A DNA stretch of 64,000 bases from Wohlfahrtiimonas larvae (GCA_040394195.1 JBEBSR010000001.1:25585-89584); one strand, 5' to 3'. Counted from the stretch's first letter, positions 43,208-52,447 are shown. Notes: generated by a model not told the origin, from the letters alone. Program-made: numbers and translations.

Positions 43208-44940
43208 TTTTTGCATCTTTCCTCCTTTTCGCGCTGACAATATTGGTAATTTTTTACCCATTGACTCGCTCCAAATCAGCACAGCAAGAAGTAACATTGC
43301 TAGAGATCTATCAAAAGAACTATGTTGCAACGGAAAAGCGTCTGTCAGCTGAACTAAGCAGTGGTAAATTAACACAAGCAGAATATGATGCTCAAAATGC
43401 AGAAGCTGCACGTGATTTATTAAAAATGAGTAAAAAAGATAGTACAAATCTCTCTAAACCTGCGCGTTTATTGGTTGTATTGATTGCTTTGCTCTTCCCT
43501 GTTTTGGCAATTGGTGGCTTCTGGGCATTTTCATATACGCCAGAAACTCGCACATTTGATGCTGAACGCTCTCGTTTAATCAATGAATTTACAGAATGGC
43601 GTGAAATCATTCCGACATCTGAATTGGATTCATTGAATGGGATCTTAGCCATTGAACCTCAACCACGTAATCCTGAGATCTTCAATGAATTGAAATATGG
43701 CTTCCCTGCTTTATTCTTTATGAGTGCAAAAGATACACATGACAATATCCCAACTTTAAAATTATTGGGTAAACTGTTGTACGATGTGAAATGGCTCAGT
43801 GCTTCCCACGAAGTTTACACGCGCGTTTTATCATTAACACCAACTGATTTCATTGCTAATGCAATGATCATCGACATTGAAATGCAAAGTGCTAACAACA
43901 AGTTAACACCTGCAATCATGGGAAAAATGGAACGTTTCTTCGCTTTGTATCCTGCAGAAACTTCTATGCGTGTGATGTATGCACAAGCTTTGTATGACAA
44001 TCAAATGATTGACAAATCTGTAGAGCAATGGCGCATTTTGCGCGAACTATTCGCACAAAACAGCGACCCTTCACGTAAAGAACAGATGCAACAAACATTG
44101 CAAGCAATTGATATGATCATTACTTCAGTTTCTCAACAAGCGATGGAAACAGCGCAAGTTCGCAACTATGTGATCGATTTAAAAACATTTGCTGATCTAG
44201 ATTGGAGTAAGTTATCTACACCATCTATTTTGACGTTGTATATGATCGATCAAGAAGAAAATACTTCTGTGGCTTATAAAGAAGTATTGATCACGCCAGA
44301 TGCTAAATTCCCAACAGAATTATCATTGAATGACTTTGATCGCTTTGATGATGTGAAAAGCCCTATCCGCAATTTTGAGCATTTAGCTGTATTTGGTGAA
44401 ATCACTAATGTTGATAATGGCGAATCAGTTTATGTAACGGATATGTCTCAATTGGCAAAAGGTGCTTATGAAAGCGCAGTAATGTTCGAGCCAAACTCAG
44501 AAGATCATGCATTCTCTGAACCAATGCAAAAAACTGTGGATTTAGTGAAAGCGAAAAAAGATCAACGCTTCTTAGTGCAAGTGAATGCACCCAATGTTGA
44601 TTTAAGCGCTTGGCCTGATGATGCAACTTTAAACTTGTTCATTTCTCCTGCGGGTTCTCGTATGCCATTAGCAGCTAAGAAAATTCCTTCAGCGAAAAGC
44701 TTAACGTTCCCATTAACAGTTAAAATCACGGATGACAACAAATTAATACAAGGCTCGCCAAGCTTATTCACTATGGAAAACTTGGAAGTGGGTGGTCGTT
44801 TGAGCCAAGGTTCAGATGTTGTGGGTAAAGCTGGTGACATTGAAAGTGCTAAACAAGCAGTTTCGCCAAGCAAAGCAAACGTAATTATTTTAGATCAAGT
44901 GCGTGAAGAATCTAAAGCTTCACCCATCATGGCTCAATGA
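43204..44940 (+). CDS. ccmI: CcmI/CycH apocytochrome chaperone (extended C-terminus)
   Basis: Two N-terminal TMs around a helical loop, TPR-like helices, C-terminal MPLAAKK..FPLTVKITDD domain. Confidence 0.8.
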   Translation: MIFASFLLFALTILVIFYPLTRSKSAQQEVTLLEIYQKNYVATEKRLSAELSSGKLTQAEYDAQNAEAARDLLKMSKKDSTNLSKPARLLVVLIALLFPVLAIGGFWAFSYTPETRTFDAERSRLINEFTEWREIIPTSELDSLNGILAIEPQPRNPEIFNELKYGFPALFFMSAKDTHDNIPTLKLLGKLLYDVKWLSASHEVYTRVLSLTPTDFIANAMIIDIEMQSANNKLTPAIMGKMERFFALYPAETSMRVMYAQALYDNQMIDKSVEQWRILRELFAQNSDPSRKEQMQQTLQAIDMIITSVSQQAMETAQVRNYVIDLKTFADLDWSKLSTPSILTLYMIDQEENTSVAYKEVLITPDAKFPTELSLNDFDRFDDVKSPIRNFEHLAVFGEITNVDNGESVYVTDMSQLAKGAYESAVMFEPNSEDHAFSEPMQKTVDLVKAKKDQRFLVQVNAPNVDLSAWPDDATLNLFISPAGSRMPLAAKKIPSAKSLTFPLTVKITDDNKLIQGSPSLFTMENLEVGGRLSQGSDVVGKAGDIESAKQAVSPSKANVIILDQVREESKASPIMAQ

Positions 44941-45584
44941 TAATGACATTTGCTGAATTCACATTAGCTATTGACGATGTCAGCGCAACGCGTAATTACC
45001 GTAAGGTTTTTACACCTGTTTCGCTGACATTGAAAAATGGCATGAGCCTTTATATCGAAGGTGAAAATGGCGCAGGAAAGACAACTTTCCTGCGTGTTGT
45101 TGCGGGCTTAAATAATATCTACTTGGGTAATATTCTCTATAACGATGTTGATCGCAAAGAACTTGCTCACACTTATAATCACAATATTCTCTATGTTGGG
45201 CATGCACTTGGCTTAAAAGAAGATCTTACAGCCTTTGAAAACATTCAAGCGATGCTTAAAATTCAAAATGTACAACGTACAGATGAAGAGATCAGAACAG
45301 TATTTGAAATGCTTTCCATTCCTGCACAAGATCGTGCCATTCGCTTTTTATCCGCAGGGCAAAGACGCAGAGTTGCATTGTCTCGCTTATGGTTAGAACC
45401 CAAAACTATTTGGATTCTCGATGAGCCATTTACAGCATTAGATAAGCGTTCCATTGAGATTTTAGAAGCCGCCATCACAGAACATTATCAAAAAGGTGGC
45501 ACAGTTATTTTCACTTCTCATCAAACGCCTTCAGAAGGTGTGTATAATCATCACCATGTTATTGAAAGCTACAGGAAAGAATGA
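44937..45584 (+). CDS. ccmA: ABC ATPase CcmA
   Basis: GENGAGKT, YVGHALGLK, LSAGQRRRVALSRL, WILDEPFTALD. Confidence 0.95.
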   Translation: MIMTFAEFTLAIDDVSATRNYRKVFTPVSLTLKNGMSLYIEGENGAGKTTFLRVVAGLNNIYLGNILYNDVDRKELAHTYNHNILYVGHALGLKEDLTAFENIQAMLKIQNVQRTDEEIRTVFEMLSIPAQDRAIRFLSAGQRRRVALSRLWLEPKTIWILDEPFTALDKRSIEILEAAITEHYQKGGTVIFTSHQTPSEGVYNHHHVIESYRKE

Positions 45585-46249
45585 GTGTATTCACCGCGAT
45601 CATTCAACGTGATCTACAACTAGGCATGCGCCAACGCACAGAATTACTGACGCCCATGATCTTTTTCTTGATCGTTGTGAGTCTGTTTCCGCTCGGTTTA
45701 GGGTTGGATAATGAAAAAGTCATGCGTGATGTTTCGCCTGCCATTTTATGGATTGGTGCTCTATTGTCGAACATGTTGATTATGGATCGCTTATTCAAAA
45801 GTGATTATGATGATGGCTCTTTAGAACAATTGATGCTCTCTGGCTCGCCACTTGTTGTGGTTGTATTTGCTAAGATTATTGCACATTGGTGCTTAACTGC
45901 TGTGCCACTCATCATCATTTCACCAATTTTAGGCTTAATGCTCTACTTTTCTGTGCCACAAGCACTAGAAACCACATTCCTTTTACTCATTGGCACGCCA
46001 GTTTTAAGTTGCATTGGTGCCATTTGTACAGCTTTAACACTACAATTAAAACGTGCAGGCTTATTATTGAGTATCATTGCACTACCATTATTTTTACCCG
46101 TACTAATTTTTGGCGTACAGGCAACACTTCGCATCGTTGAAGGACATTCTGTGATCGGCTTTTATGCTGTATTTGCAGCCCTCGACTTGATCACGCTTGC
46201 CGTCGCCCCATTGATTACAGCTTTTGCACTGCGCATCAGTCTTAACTAA
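45581..46249 (+). CDS. ccmB: Heme exporter permease CcmB
   Basis: LFKSDYDDGSLEQL, AHW, LLLSIIALPLFLPVLIFG. Confidence 0.96.
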   Translation: MSVFTAIIQRDLQLGMRQRTELLTPMIFFLIVVSLFPLGLGLDNEKVMRDVSPAILWIGALLSNMLIMDRLFKSDYDDGSLEQLMLSGSPLVVVVFAKIIAHWCLTAVPLIIISPILGLMLYFSVPQALETTFLLLIGTPVLSCIGAICTALTLQLKRAGLLLSIIALPLFLPVLIFGVQATLRIVEGHSVIGFYAVFAALDLITLAVAPLITAFALRISLN

Positions 46250-46266
46250 ATTTTCTTGAGTTTTAC

Positions 46267-48363
46267 ATGACAAAAAAAACAACACCATCCACCAACATGG
46301 AATATTCTGAACAATTACCGCCATTGGTACAATCGTGGATTTTAACCATTATTTTGGATTTAGGTGGCCATCGTGAATTTATCCATAAGGATTTTTTCAG
46401 TGATGATCAACTAGCTACAGCGCTTTCATTGGATAAATGGATCAACCATAAACCACCATTGAACCGTGCAGATATTTTAAAAACATTACGCGAGCAGCAA
46501 GAGAAACTCTTGGCTGATCCAACATTGTTCACAACAGCATATAATCATGATCTTCGCCACAACTTGGACAATCTCAAAACATTGATAGATCTCTCTGATG
46601 TGGAATGTACTTTATTAGAATTCACATTGATCACTTACAATGAAACATTGTTGAACAATGCGTTAGATTTATTGGGCGCAATCAGTTCAGATCAAATGTA
46701 TCGCATTTTATCTGTGCTCTTACAGAAAACACCGCAAGAAATTCGCACGGCATTTGCATCAGATGGCACATTAGCGCGCACAGGTTTAGTTCGTGTTCAT
46801 CATGGCCCTTCTCTATTCTTCCGTGGCAAAGTAGATTTATTGTCTCGCAACTTTATTGAAGCAATGTTTTCACATGAAACAACACCGTACAATATCTTAA
46901 AAGATGTTGTTTCTAAGTCTAAACCAACAGAATTAACTTTAGATAATTTCGGTTACTTAAAAACTGAATTATCTGTTTTAGTGCCTTATTTACAGCATGC
47001 TTTGGACAATAATGAAAAAGGTGTGAATATCCTTGTGTACGGTGAACCTGGTACAGGGAAAACAGAACTCGCACGCGTTTTGGTGGAATATTTTAAAGTT
47101 TCTGCTTATGAAGTGGTTTCTGAATCCATACAAGGTGAAGGCGTAGAAAAAGGCGAACAGCGCTTATATGCTTATTTAGCTGCGCAAAACTTCTTCTGTA
47201 ATCAAAAATCATTGATCATTTTTGATGAAATTGAAGATGTATTCTTTGATGCTTCATCAGAAGGCTTACCAAACTTCTCCAAAGCCTGGTTCAACCATAT
47301 TTTGGAAACCAATAAAATTCCAACCATTTGGATTTGTAACGATACTTACGAAATTGATCCTGCCATCATTCGCCGTTTCGATTTCACATTCCATTTGGCA
47401 CCACCACCAAAATCAGAACGTAAAGCAATGCTCGAATCAGCATTGAAAGGTTCACTCAGCCCAAATACTTTGAATGCTTTAGCATTATCGAAAGATTTGG
47501 TGCCTGCAATCATTGATCGCACTGCAAAAGTTCTCAATACCATCGAGAAATCTTTGGATGTGAGCTACGATGAAGCTGCCGCTGCCATCATCAATGGTAC
47601 TTTGAAAGCACAAGGCAATGATGAAATTCGTATCGCTAAAATTGGTGGTTTGAGTGATATTTATAACCCAGCATTCACAAATACAGATAACAATTTGGCA
47701 CTATTAGCTGAGCGTTTGAAAGTATTCAATGAAGCTCGTATTTGTTTATACGGTGCTTCGGGCACTGGTAAATCAGCGTTTGCACATTACTTATCGGATT
47801 ATCTCAACAAGCCTTTGCTCATCAAAAAAGTATCAGACTTGATGGATAAATACGTGGGCGAAACTGAAAAACAGATCGCTGCTGCATTCCATGAAGCCAA
47901 TACAACAGGCGCAATCTTGTTGATGGATGAAGTGGATAGTTTCTTGCGTGATCGCCGCCATGCTCAGCAGAATTATGAAGTCACAATGGTGAATGAAATG
48001 CTGACACAAATGGAAGAATTTTCAGGCATTTTCATTGCGACCACAAACTTGATGGATCATTTGGATCAAGCAATGCTCCGCCGTTTTGACTTTAAAGTGA
48101 AGTTTAGTTACTTAACATCAGAACAAGCTTGGTTACTCTTCAACGAGCAATGCCGTTATTTGGGCTTTAAAGAGATTGATCCTGCATTGGAAGAGAGCTT
48201 TAAGAAACTCACAAGCCTAGCACCTGGCGACTTTGCAATTTCTGCCCGCCAAGCAAAATTGGGCGTAATCACAAAACCTGAAGAGATCATCACACAGCTT
48301 GTTAAGGAAAATGATTTGAAACAAGCCAAAGGCACTACAATCGGGTTTGTGGCAAGTAAATAG
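46267..48363 (+). CDS. Double-domain AAA+ ATPase with N-terminal helical domain
   Basis: AAA1: GEPGTGKT, IIFDEIED, ICN, IIRRF. AAA2: GASGTGKS, LLMDEVD, ATTN, MLRRFD. C-terminal IGF. Confidence 0.92.
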   Translation: MTKKTTPSTNMEYSEQLPPLVQSWILTIILDLGGHREFIHKDFFSDDQLATALSLDKWINHKPPLNRADILKTLREQQEKLLADPTLFTTAYNHDLRHNLDNLKTLIDLSDVECTLLEFTLITYNETLLNNALDLLGAISSDQMYRILSVLLQKTPQEIRTAFASDGTLARTGLVRVHHGPSLFFRGKVDLLSRNFIEAMFSHETTPYNILKDVVSKSKPTELTLDNFGYLKTELSVLVPYLQHALDNNEKGVNILVYGEPGTGKTELARVLVEYFKVSAYEVVSESIQGEGVEKGEQRLYAYLAAQNFFCNQKSLIIFDEIEDVFFDASSEGLPNFSKAWFNHILETNKIPTIWICNDTYEIDPAIIRRFDFTFHLAPPPKSERKAMLESALKGSLSPNTLNALALSKDLVPAIIDRTAKVLNTIEKSLDVSYDEAAAAIINGTLKAQGNDEIRIAKIGGLSDIYNPAFTNTDNNLALLAERLKVFNEARICLYGASGTGKSAFAHYLSDYLNKPLLIKKVSDLMDKYVGETEKQIAAAFHEANTTGAILLMDEVDSFLRDRRHAQQNYEVTMVNEMLTQMEEFSGIFIATTNLMDHLDQAMLRRFDFKVKFSYLTSEQAWLLFNEQCRYLGFKEIDPALEESFKKLTSLAPGDFAISARQAKLGVITKPEEIITQLVKENDLKQAKGTTIGFVASK

Positions 48364-48369
48364 GAAAGC

Positions 48370-48960
48370 ATTATAAAAATCCTCCATGTTACAGATATAC
48401 ATTTTAGAAGCTTTGTTTTTGATTGGATTCAAGAACAACAAAATCTCTATGATGCGATCTGTTTAACAGGGGATTTTTTAGATGAAACTTGTGATACAGA
48501 TATCATTGGTCAAATCACTTGGATAAAAGAATGGCTTTTATCCTTTGAAATCCCTGTATTTGTTTGTAGTGGTAATCATGATGTAATTGCAGGTTCAACC
48601 AAATGGCTGGCTAAATTGCCTTATGGCGATGGCTCAATCACTAAAATTAATAATATAACTATTGGTTGTGCGCCTGAGGATTGCGAAGATTTTTATAAAT
48701 ATCGTAACTGCGATATTTTACTTCATCATTATCCACCATCAGGCAGTAAAGCTGCGACAGATGAATATGGCAATAATTTTGGTAATTTTTTTCTAAAACA
48801 AGATCTCAAAATACTGAATTGCACATATATTCTATGTGGGCATATTCACCAACCAACCGCCCGAATGGTTCGAAGAACTCAAAACCCTGATCGATTTATC
48901 TATAATGCAGGCGGAAATCATAAACCAGATAAGGTTCGACATTTAGTTATTGAAATATAA
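48370..48960 (+). CDS. Calcineurin-like metallophosphoesterase (non-canonical or lost start)
   Basis: Extending the 48616 ORF upstream gives IIKILHVTDIH...LTGDFLD...SGNHD...LLHH...CGHIH, i.e. all five motifs. No ATG/GTG/TTG precedes motif I. Confidence 0.85.
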   Translation: MIKILHVTDIHFRSFVFDWIQEQQNLYDAICLTGDFLDETCDTDIIGQITWIKEWLLSFEIPVFVCSGNHDVIAGSTKWLAKLPYGDGSITKINNITIGCAPEDCEDFYKYRNCDILLHHYPPSGSKAATDEYGNNFGNFFLKQDLKILNCTYILCGHIHQPTARMVRRTQNPDRFIYNAGGNHKPDKVRHLVIEI

Positions 48961-48969
48961 TAGGAGAAG

Positions 48970-50199
48970 ATGATGGATCAAAAAGAAAGAGATTCACTTT
49001 CCAATGAGCTACTGAAATATAAAAAATTCCTACAACAACGTGAAGAAGAAATTCGCCAAGGTAAAAACAACTATAGCTTGATTGGCTCTTTACTTGGCAT
49101 TCATGATGAAGTGAGATTACATTCACGTTTTATATATTCAATGATTAATCCTAATGGCTCGCATTTTCAGAATGATCTTTTCTTAAAATTATTCATTGAA
49201 TGTATTGATCCTGAAATTTTGAAAAACTTTAATTTAAGTAATGCTCTGGTTTTTAAAGAAAGAGATAACATTGATCTATTAATTGAAGATGGTAATACAT
49301 TTATTATCATTGAAAATAAATTACATGCTCTTGATCAAAAAGCCCAAATTTCACGTTATATCAAAGAAGTGCAGAATAATAACAACGATGCCAATATTAC
49401 AATTATTGTCGTCTATCTTTCTATTGCAGGAAAAGACCCCGATGATATATCACTTCAAGACGATGAAGAACCAAAAAATTTAGAGAAAGCATATAAAATC
49501 AAAAATCATCAATTAATTAACGATCAATACATTTTTGAGTATTATCCTATAAGTTATCAATATAATATTTCTCAGTGGATTCAACAAAGTCTTGTAAAAA
49601 TAAACAATGTCAGTAATTTATATAATGCTTTTTCTGAATATCAGAATATTGTTAATAGAGTAAATAAACTTATGAACCATAATTCAGTATCAACATTTAC
49701 AGATTTTATTTTGAAACAGGATGTTATAGAAATAAATAAATATCTACAGTTTTCAGCTAATGTTGTACAAAATCTCCATAAAATTTGGGCTACACAGATC
49801 ATTAATACTATTTACTCTGCGCATCAATTATCTGAGCTCATCATATCTGATGAACAAAATGATTTAATCATCACAGAAGATAACTGTGATATTGCTATTA
49901 ATAAATTATGTAATTGGCTTAATCGCTCAGGAAATCCTGAAGACTACAAAAATATGAAACTATATTTCTACAATAAAAATAGAAATAAAAAAAATGTTTT
50001 AGTCTTTGGAGTGATTGTTCTTTATATTGGTGCCTACAATAAAAGTTTTTCAGACGTTGCCAATACTGAAAATAAGAAAAAAAATGCATTATTTGGTGTA
50101 GGTAAAGATTTTAGAAATATCATTACTCATCCAAATATGGCAGCACAGGTATGTTCAAAAATTAAAGAACGTATTGAACAATTAATTAACCAAGAATAA
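48970..50199 (+). CDS. PD-(D/E)XK nuclease (PDDEXK_4-like)
   Basis: DEVRLHSRFIYSMINPNGSH, IDLLI...IIIENK...DQKAQISRY; GGAG SD directly after the upstream stop. Confidence 0.85.
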   Translation: MMDQKERDSLSNELLKYKKFLQQREEEIRQGKNNYSLIGSLLGIHDEVRLHSRFIYSMINPNGSHFQNDLFLKLFIECIDPEILKNFNLSNALVFKERDNIDLLIEDGNTFIIIENKLHALDQKAQISRYIKEVQNNNNDANITIIVVYLSIAGKDPDDISLQDDEEPKNLEKAYKIKNHQLINDQYIFEYYPISYQYNISQWIQQSLVKINNVSNLYNAFSEYQNIVNRVNKLMNHNSVSTFTDFILKQDVIEINKYLQFSANVVQNLHKIWATQIINTIYSAHQLSELIISDEQNDLIITEDNCDIAINKLCNWLNRSGNPEDYKNMKLYFYNKNRNKKNVLVFGVIVLYIGAYNKSFSDVANTENKKKNALFGVGKDFRNIITHPNMAAQVCSKIKERIEQLINQE

Positions 50200-50201
50200 C
50201 C

Positions 50202-50226
50202 AAAAGCCCTCAACGAGGGCTTTTTT
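50202..50226. terminator. Terminator between the nuclease and PIN genes
   Basis: AAAAGCCCTC-AAC-GAGGGCTTTTTT. Confidence 0.85.
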
Positions 50227-50233
50227 ATTGAGT

Positions 50234-50911
50234 TTAAGCAGTCATTTTAGTGAGGAAATCTTGCATTCGGTTGGCATTATATTTCACAAGATTGCCTTGG
50301 TTTTTGATGTGCACAACATCCAAAAACTCCATGCGGCTGATCACATGGCTCACTAAATGTTCGCGTGCTCTGTCCGTCATATCGCGGGCTTTAAGCTGTG
50401 CACGAATTGAATTCCGTAAGCCTTCCAATTTTACAGGGCGAGAGCAATCTTCGATCTTATGAAGCATTCTGCACATTTTAATGAGCACAGAATCGAACTG
50501 TAATTCTTTATCACTTCGTGTTGTGCCTACACGCTTGGCTTTTTTATCAGGTGCGCGATTCACTAGATTAATGATGGCATCGAAATCTTTATCATTAGAA
50601 TAAATTTCAAAGCGATCATATTGCTCAAAGTAACAGCCGAGCATAAAAGTAATGCCAAAATCCGCAGAATTATTAGCAGTATCGCCCATTTTGATGAGTT
50701 CTAAGCGACCTTGTATCACAAAGTTACTCAGTGCAGTTAGCCAATCTAGGGGAATTTTCACGCCAGTGTTGGCGTAGCAGATCACAACTTTATGATATTC
50801 TTTGAACTCTAGGATGAGTTCTGTGATCTTTGAGGGGCAGTTTTCAATATCTATGAACAGAATTGAGCGTTGAGAATTATCGGGTAAGTTAATAATTGTT
50901 TTATCTCGCAT
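50234..50911 (-). CDS. PIN/NYN-fold ribonuclease-like protein with C-terminal winged-helix-like domain
   Basis: LFIDIEN, NSADF, IYSNDKDF acidic PIN motifs; AAGGAG SD. Confidence 0.8.
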   Translation of the reverse strand: MRDKTIINLPDNSQRSILFIDIENCPSKITELILEFKEYHKVVICYANTGVKIPLDWLTALSNFVIQGRLELIKMGDTANNSADFGITFMLGCYFEQYDRFEIYSNDKDFDAIINLVNRAPDKKAKRVGTTRSDKELQFDSVLIKMCRMLHKIEDCSRPVKLEGLRNSIRAQLKARDMTDRAREHLVSHVISRMEFLDVVHIKNQGNLVKYNANRMQDFLTKMTA

Positions 50912-50998
50912 AGTTGCACTCCTTTGAAATGAAACTCACTTGATGCTATCAGTCTTTTTTGACAGTTTTTTGACAAACACAATTTTATTTTCACGCAT

Positions 50999-51022
50999 AA
51001 AAAAAAGCGGCTTTCGCCGCTT
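50999..51022 (-). terminator. Terminator of the YkvI-like gene
   Basis: AAGCGGC-GAAA-GCCGCTTTTTTTT on the minus strand. Confidence 0.85.
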
Positions 51023-51063
51023 CAAATGAGAACTACCAAAAGAATTATTATTATCAGTGAAAC

Positions 51064-52182
51064 TTAGCCATAAACAACTTTCGACAACTGCCCGTCTTTT
51101 TCCAACCTTTTCAACTTCAATGGGCCATAGAAGATGATTCCAATCAGCACAATGCCAGCATACCCAGCAAATGGATAGAAATAACCCATCAACTGAATGA
51201 AGCCCACGAAGCTGATACAAAAGCCAACTGCTAAAATAGCTAATACTGCGATGCGTGACTTTTTTGTTTCCATTTCAAAATAGCGTGATGTGAATACATA
51301 GAACATGCTCACAGCTGTACTATAGATCATCGCCAATGCAACCATACTTAACAATGAACTCAAAGCTGGCGCATAAGTATTCATGATCTGTAATGAAGGC
51401 ATTTGTGCCAATGTTTCAACGGTTGGTGCGATGATTTTGATTTGTGCAAACAATGCAAAGTGACCCATTGCTAAAACACCACCGATGATTAAACCACCCA
51501 AAGCACCGCCTAAACGTGCAACTTTTGGATCTTTTTCTTCACCACCGATCACTAATGACATACCAACGCCTGCAACTGTCATCATTGTTACGTGGTTAAT
51601 TGCTGCTACCCACCAATTTGGTAACGTACCTGGCAATGTTTTACCCACAGCCATCACATAATCATTCAACTCTGCAAATGTTTCTGTTTGGTTGGATAAA
51701 CCTTGATAAATCATGATAGATAACAAGGCAATCAATACAGGAGTAATCATACCAATCACTAAGATGATATTGCGTAAGCGAAGCATCAATGTGCCCACTA
51801 CAAGCAATGTCATGATCAAAGAACCCTGCCAATAAGGCATGCCATATTGTTGCTGAAACAGTGCTCCACTGCCCGCTAACATGATGATACCTGTACCAAT
51901 CATCATGATGATGATTAAGATATCTACAAATTTACCCGCTGTTTTACCGCCTACAAGATAAACAGCTTCTTTGTAGTTTTTGGATTGTAAGCGTTGACCT
52001 AAGCCCACAACAAAGTAACCCACAATGCCATATAAAGCTGTTGCAAGTAGTACACCTGTAGTTCCATTTAATCCAAATGATGTGTAATAAAAAAATGGTT
52101 CCATACCAGAAGCATTACCCGCACCAACGACGACGCTCGCATAAGCGAAGCCGATGATTAAAATTTCTAACACTTTCTTCAT
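51064..52182 (-). CDS. YkvI-like multi-TM transporter
   Basis: FAYASVVVGAGNASGMEPFFYY, about 10 TMs. Confidence 0.8.
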   Translation of the reverse strand: MKKVLEILIIGFAYASVVVGAGNASGMEPFFYYTSFGLNGTTGVLLATALYGIVGYFVVGLGQRLQSKNYKEAVYLVGGKTAGKFVDILIIIMMIGTGIIMLAGSGALFQQQYGMPYWQGSLIMTLLVVGTLMLRLRNIILVIGMITPVLIALLSIMIYQGLSNQTETFAELNDYVMAVGKTLPGTLPNWWVAAINHVTMMTVAGVGMSLVIGGEEKDPKVARLGGALGGLIIGGVLAMGHFALFAQIKIIAPTVETLAQMPSLQIMNTYAPALSSLLSMVALAMIYSTAVSMFYVFTSRYFEMETKKSRIAVLAILAVGFCISFVGFIQLMGYFYPFAGYAGIVLIGIIFYGPLKLKRLEKDGQLSKVVYG

Positions 52183-52410
52183 TCCAATCCTCCTCAGTAG
52201 TGATCCCTACTGATATTTTTTTGAGTTTCATGCCATTAATTAGTGTGAAAACTCTAAAGAATCACTGCTAATCAACTGTTTTAGATGAAATTTATAAATC
52301 TTTTGACCTACATCAGGTTATTCGATCATCACTTTTTCATACCAAAAGTGTCAAAAGATATGAATTCAGAACTTTATGAATTTTTTTCCTAGCAATGCTA
52401 AGTCAAAGAT

Positions 52411-52447
52411 TCATAAAGAATTTATGATTATCATTCCCAAAAGGAAT
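52411..52447. promoter_or_regulatory. Putative LysR-type operator
   Basis: ATTC-N7-GAAT (52433-52447) beside the dyad TCATAAA-gaa-TTTATGA (52411-52427). Confidence 0.4.

Noticed and set aside
48361-48420. Selenocysteine recoding of the ATPase stop, given the sel genes in the window
   Set aside because: The stop is UAG, not UGA, and no SECIS-like hairpin follows.
48616-48960. 114-aa ORF as listed in the track
   Set aside because: It is only the C-terminal part of a longer phosphoesterase whose motifs start near 48385.
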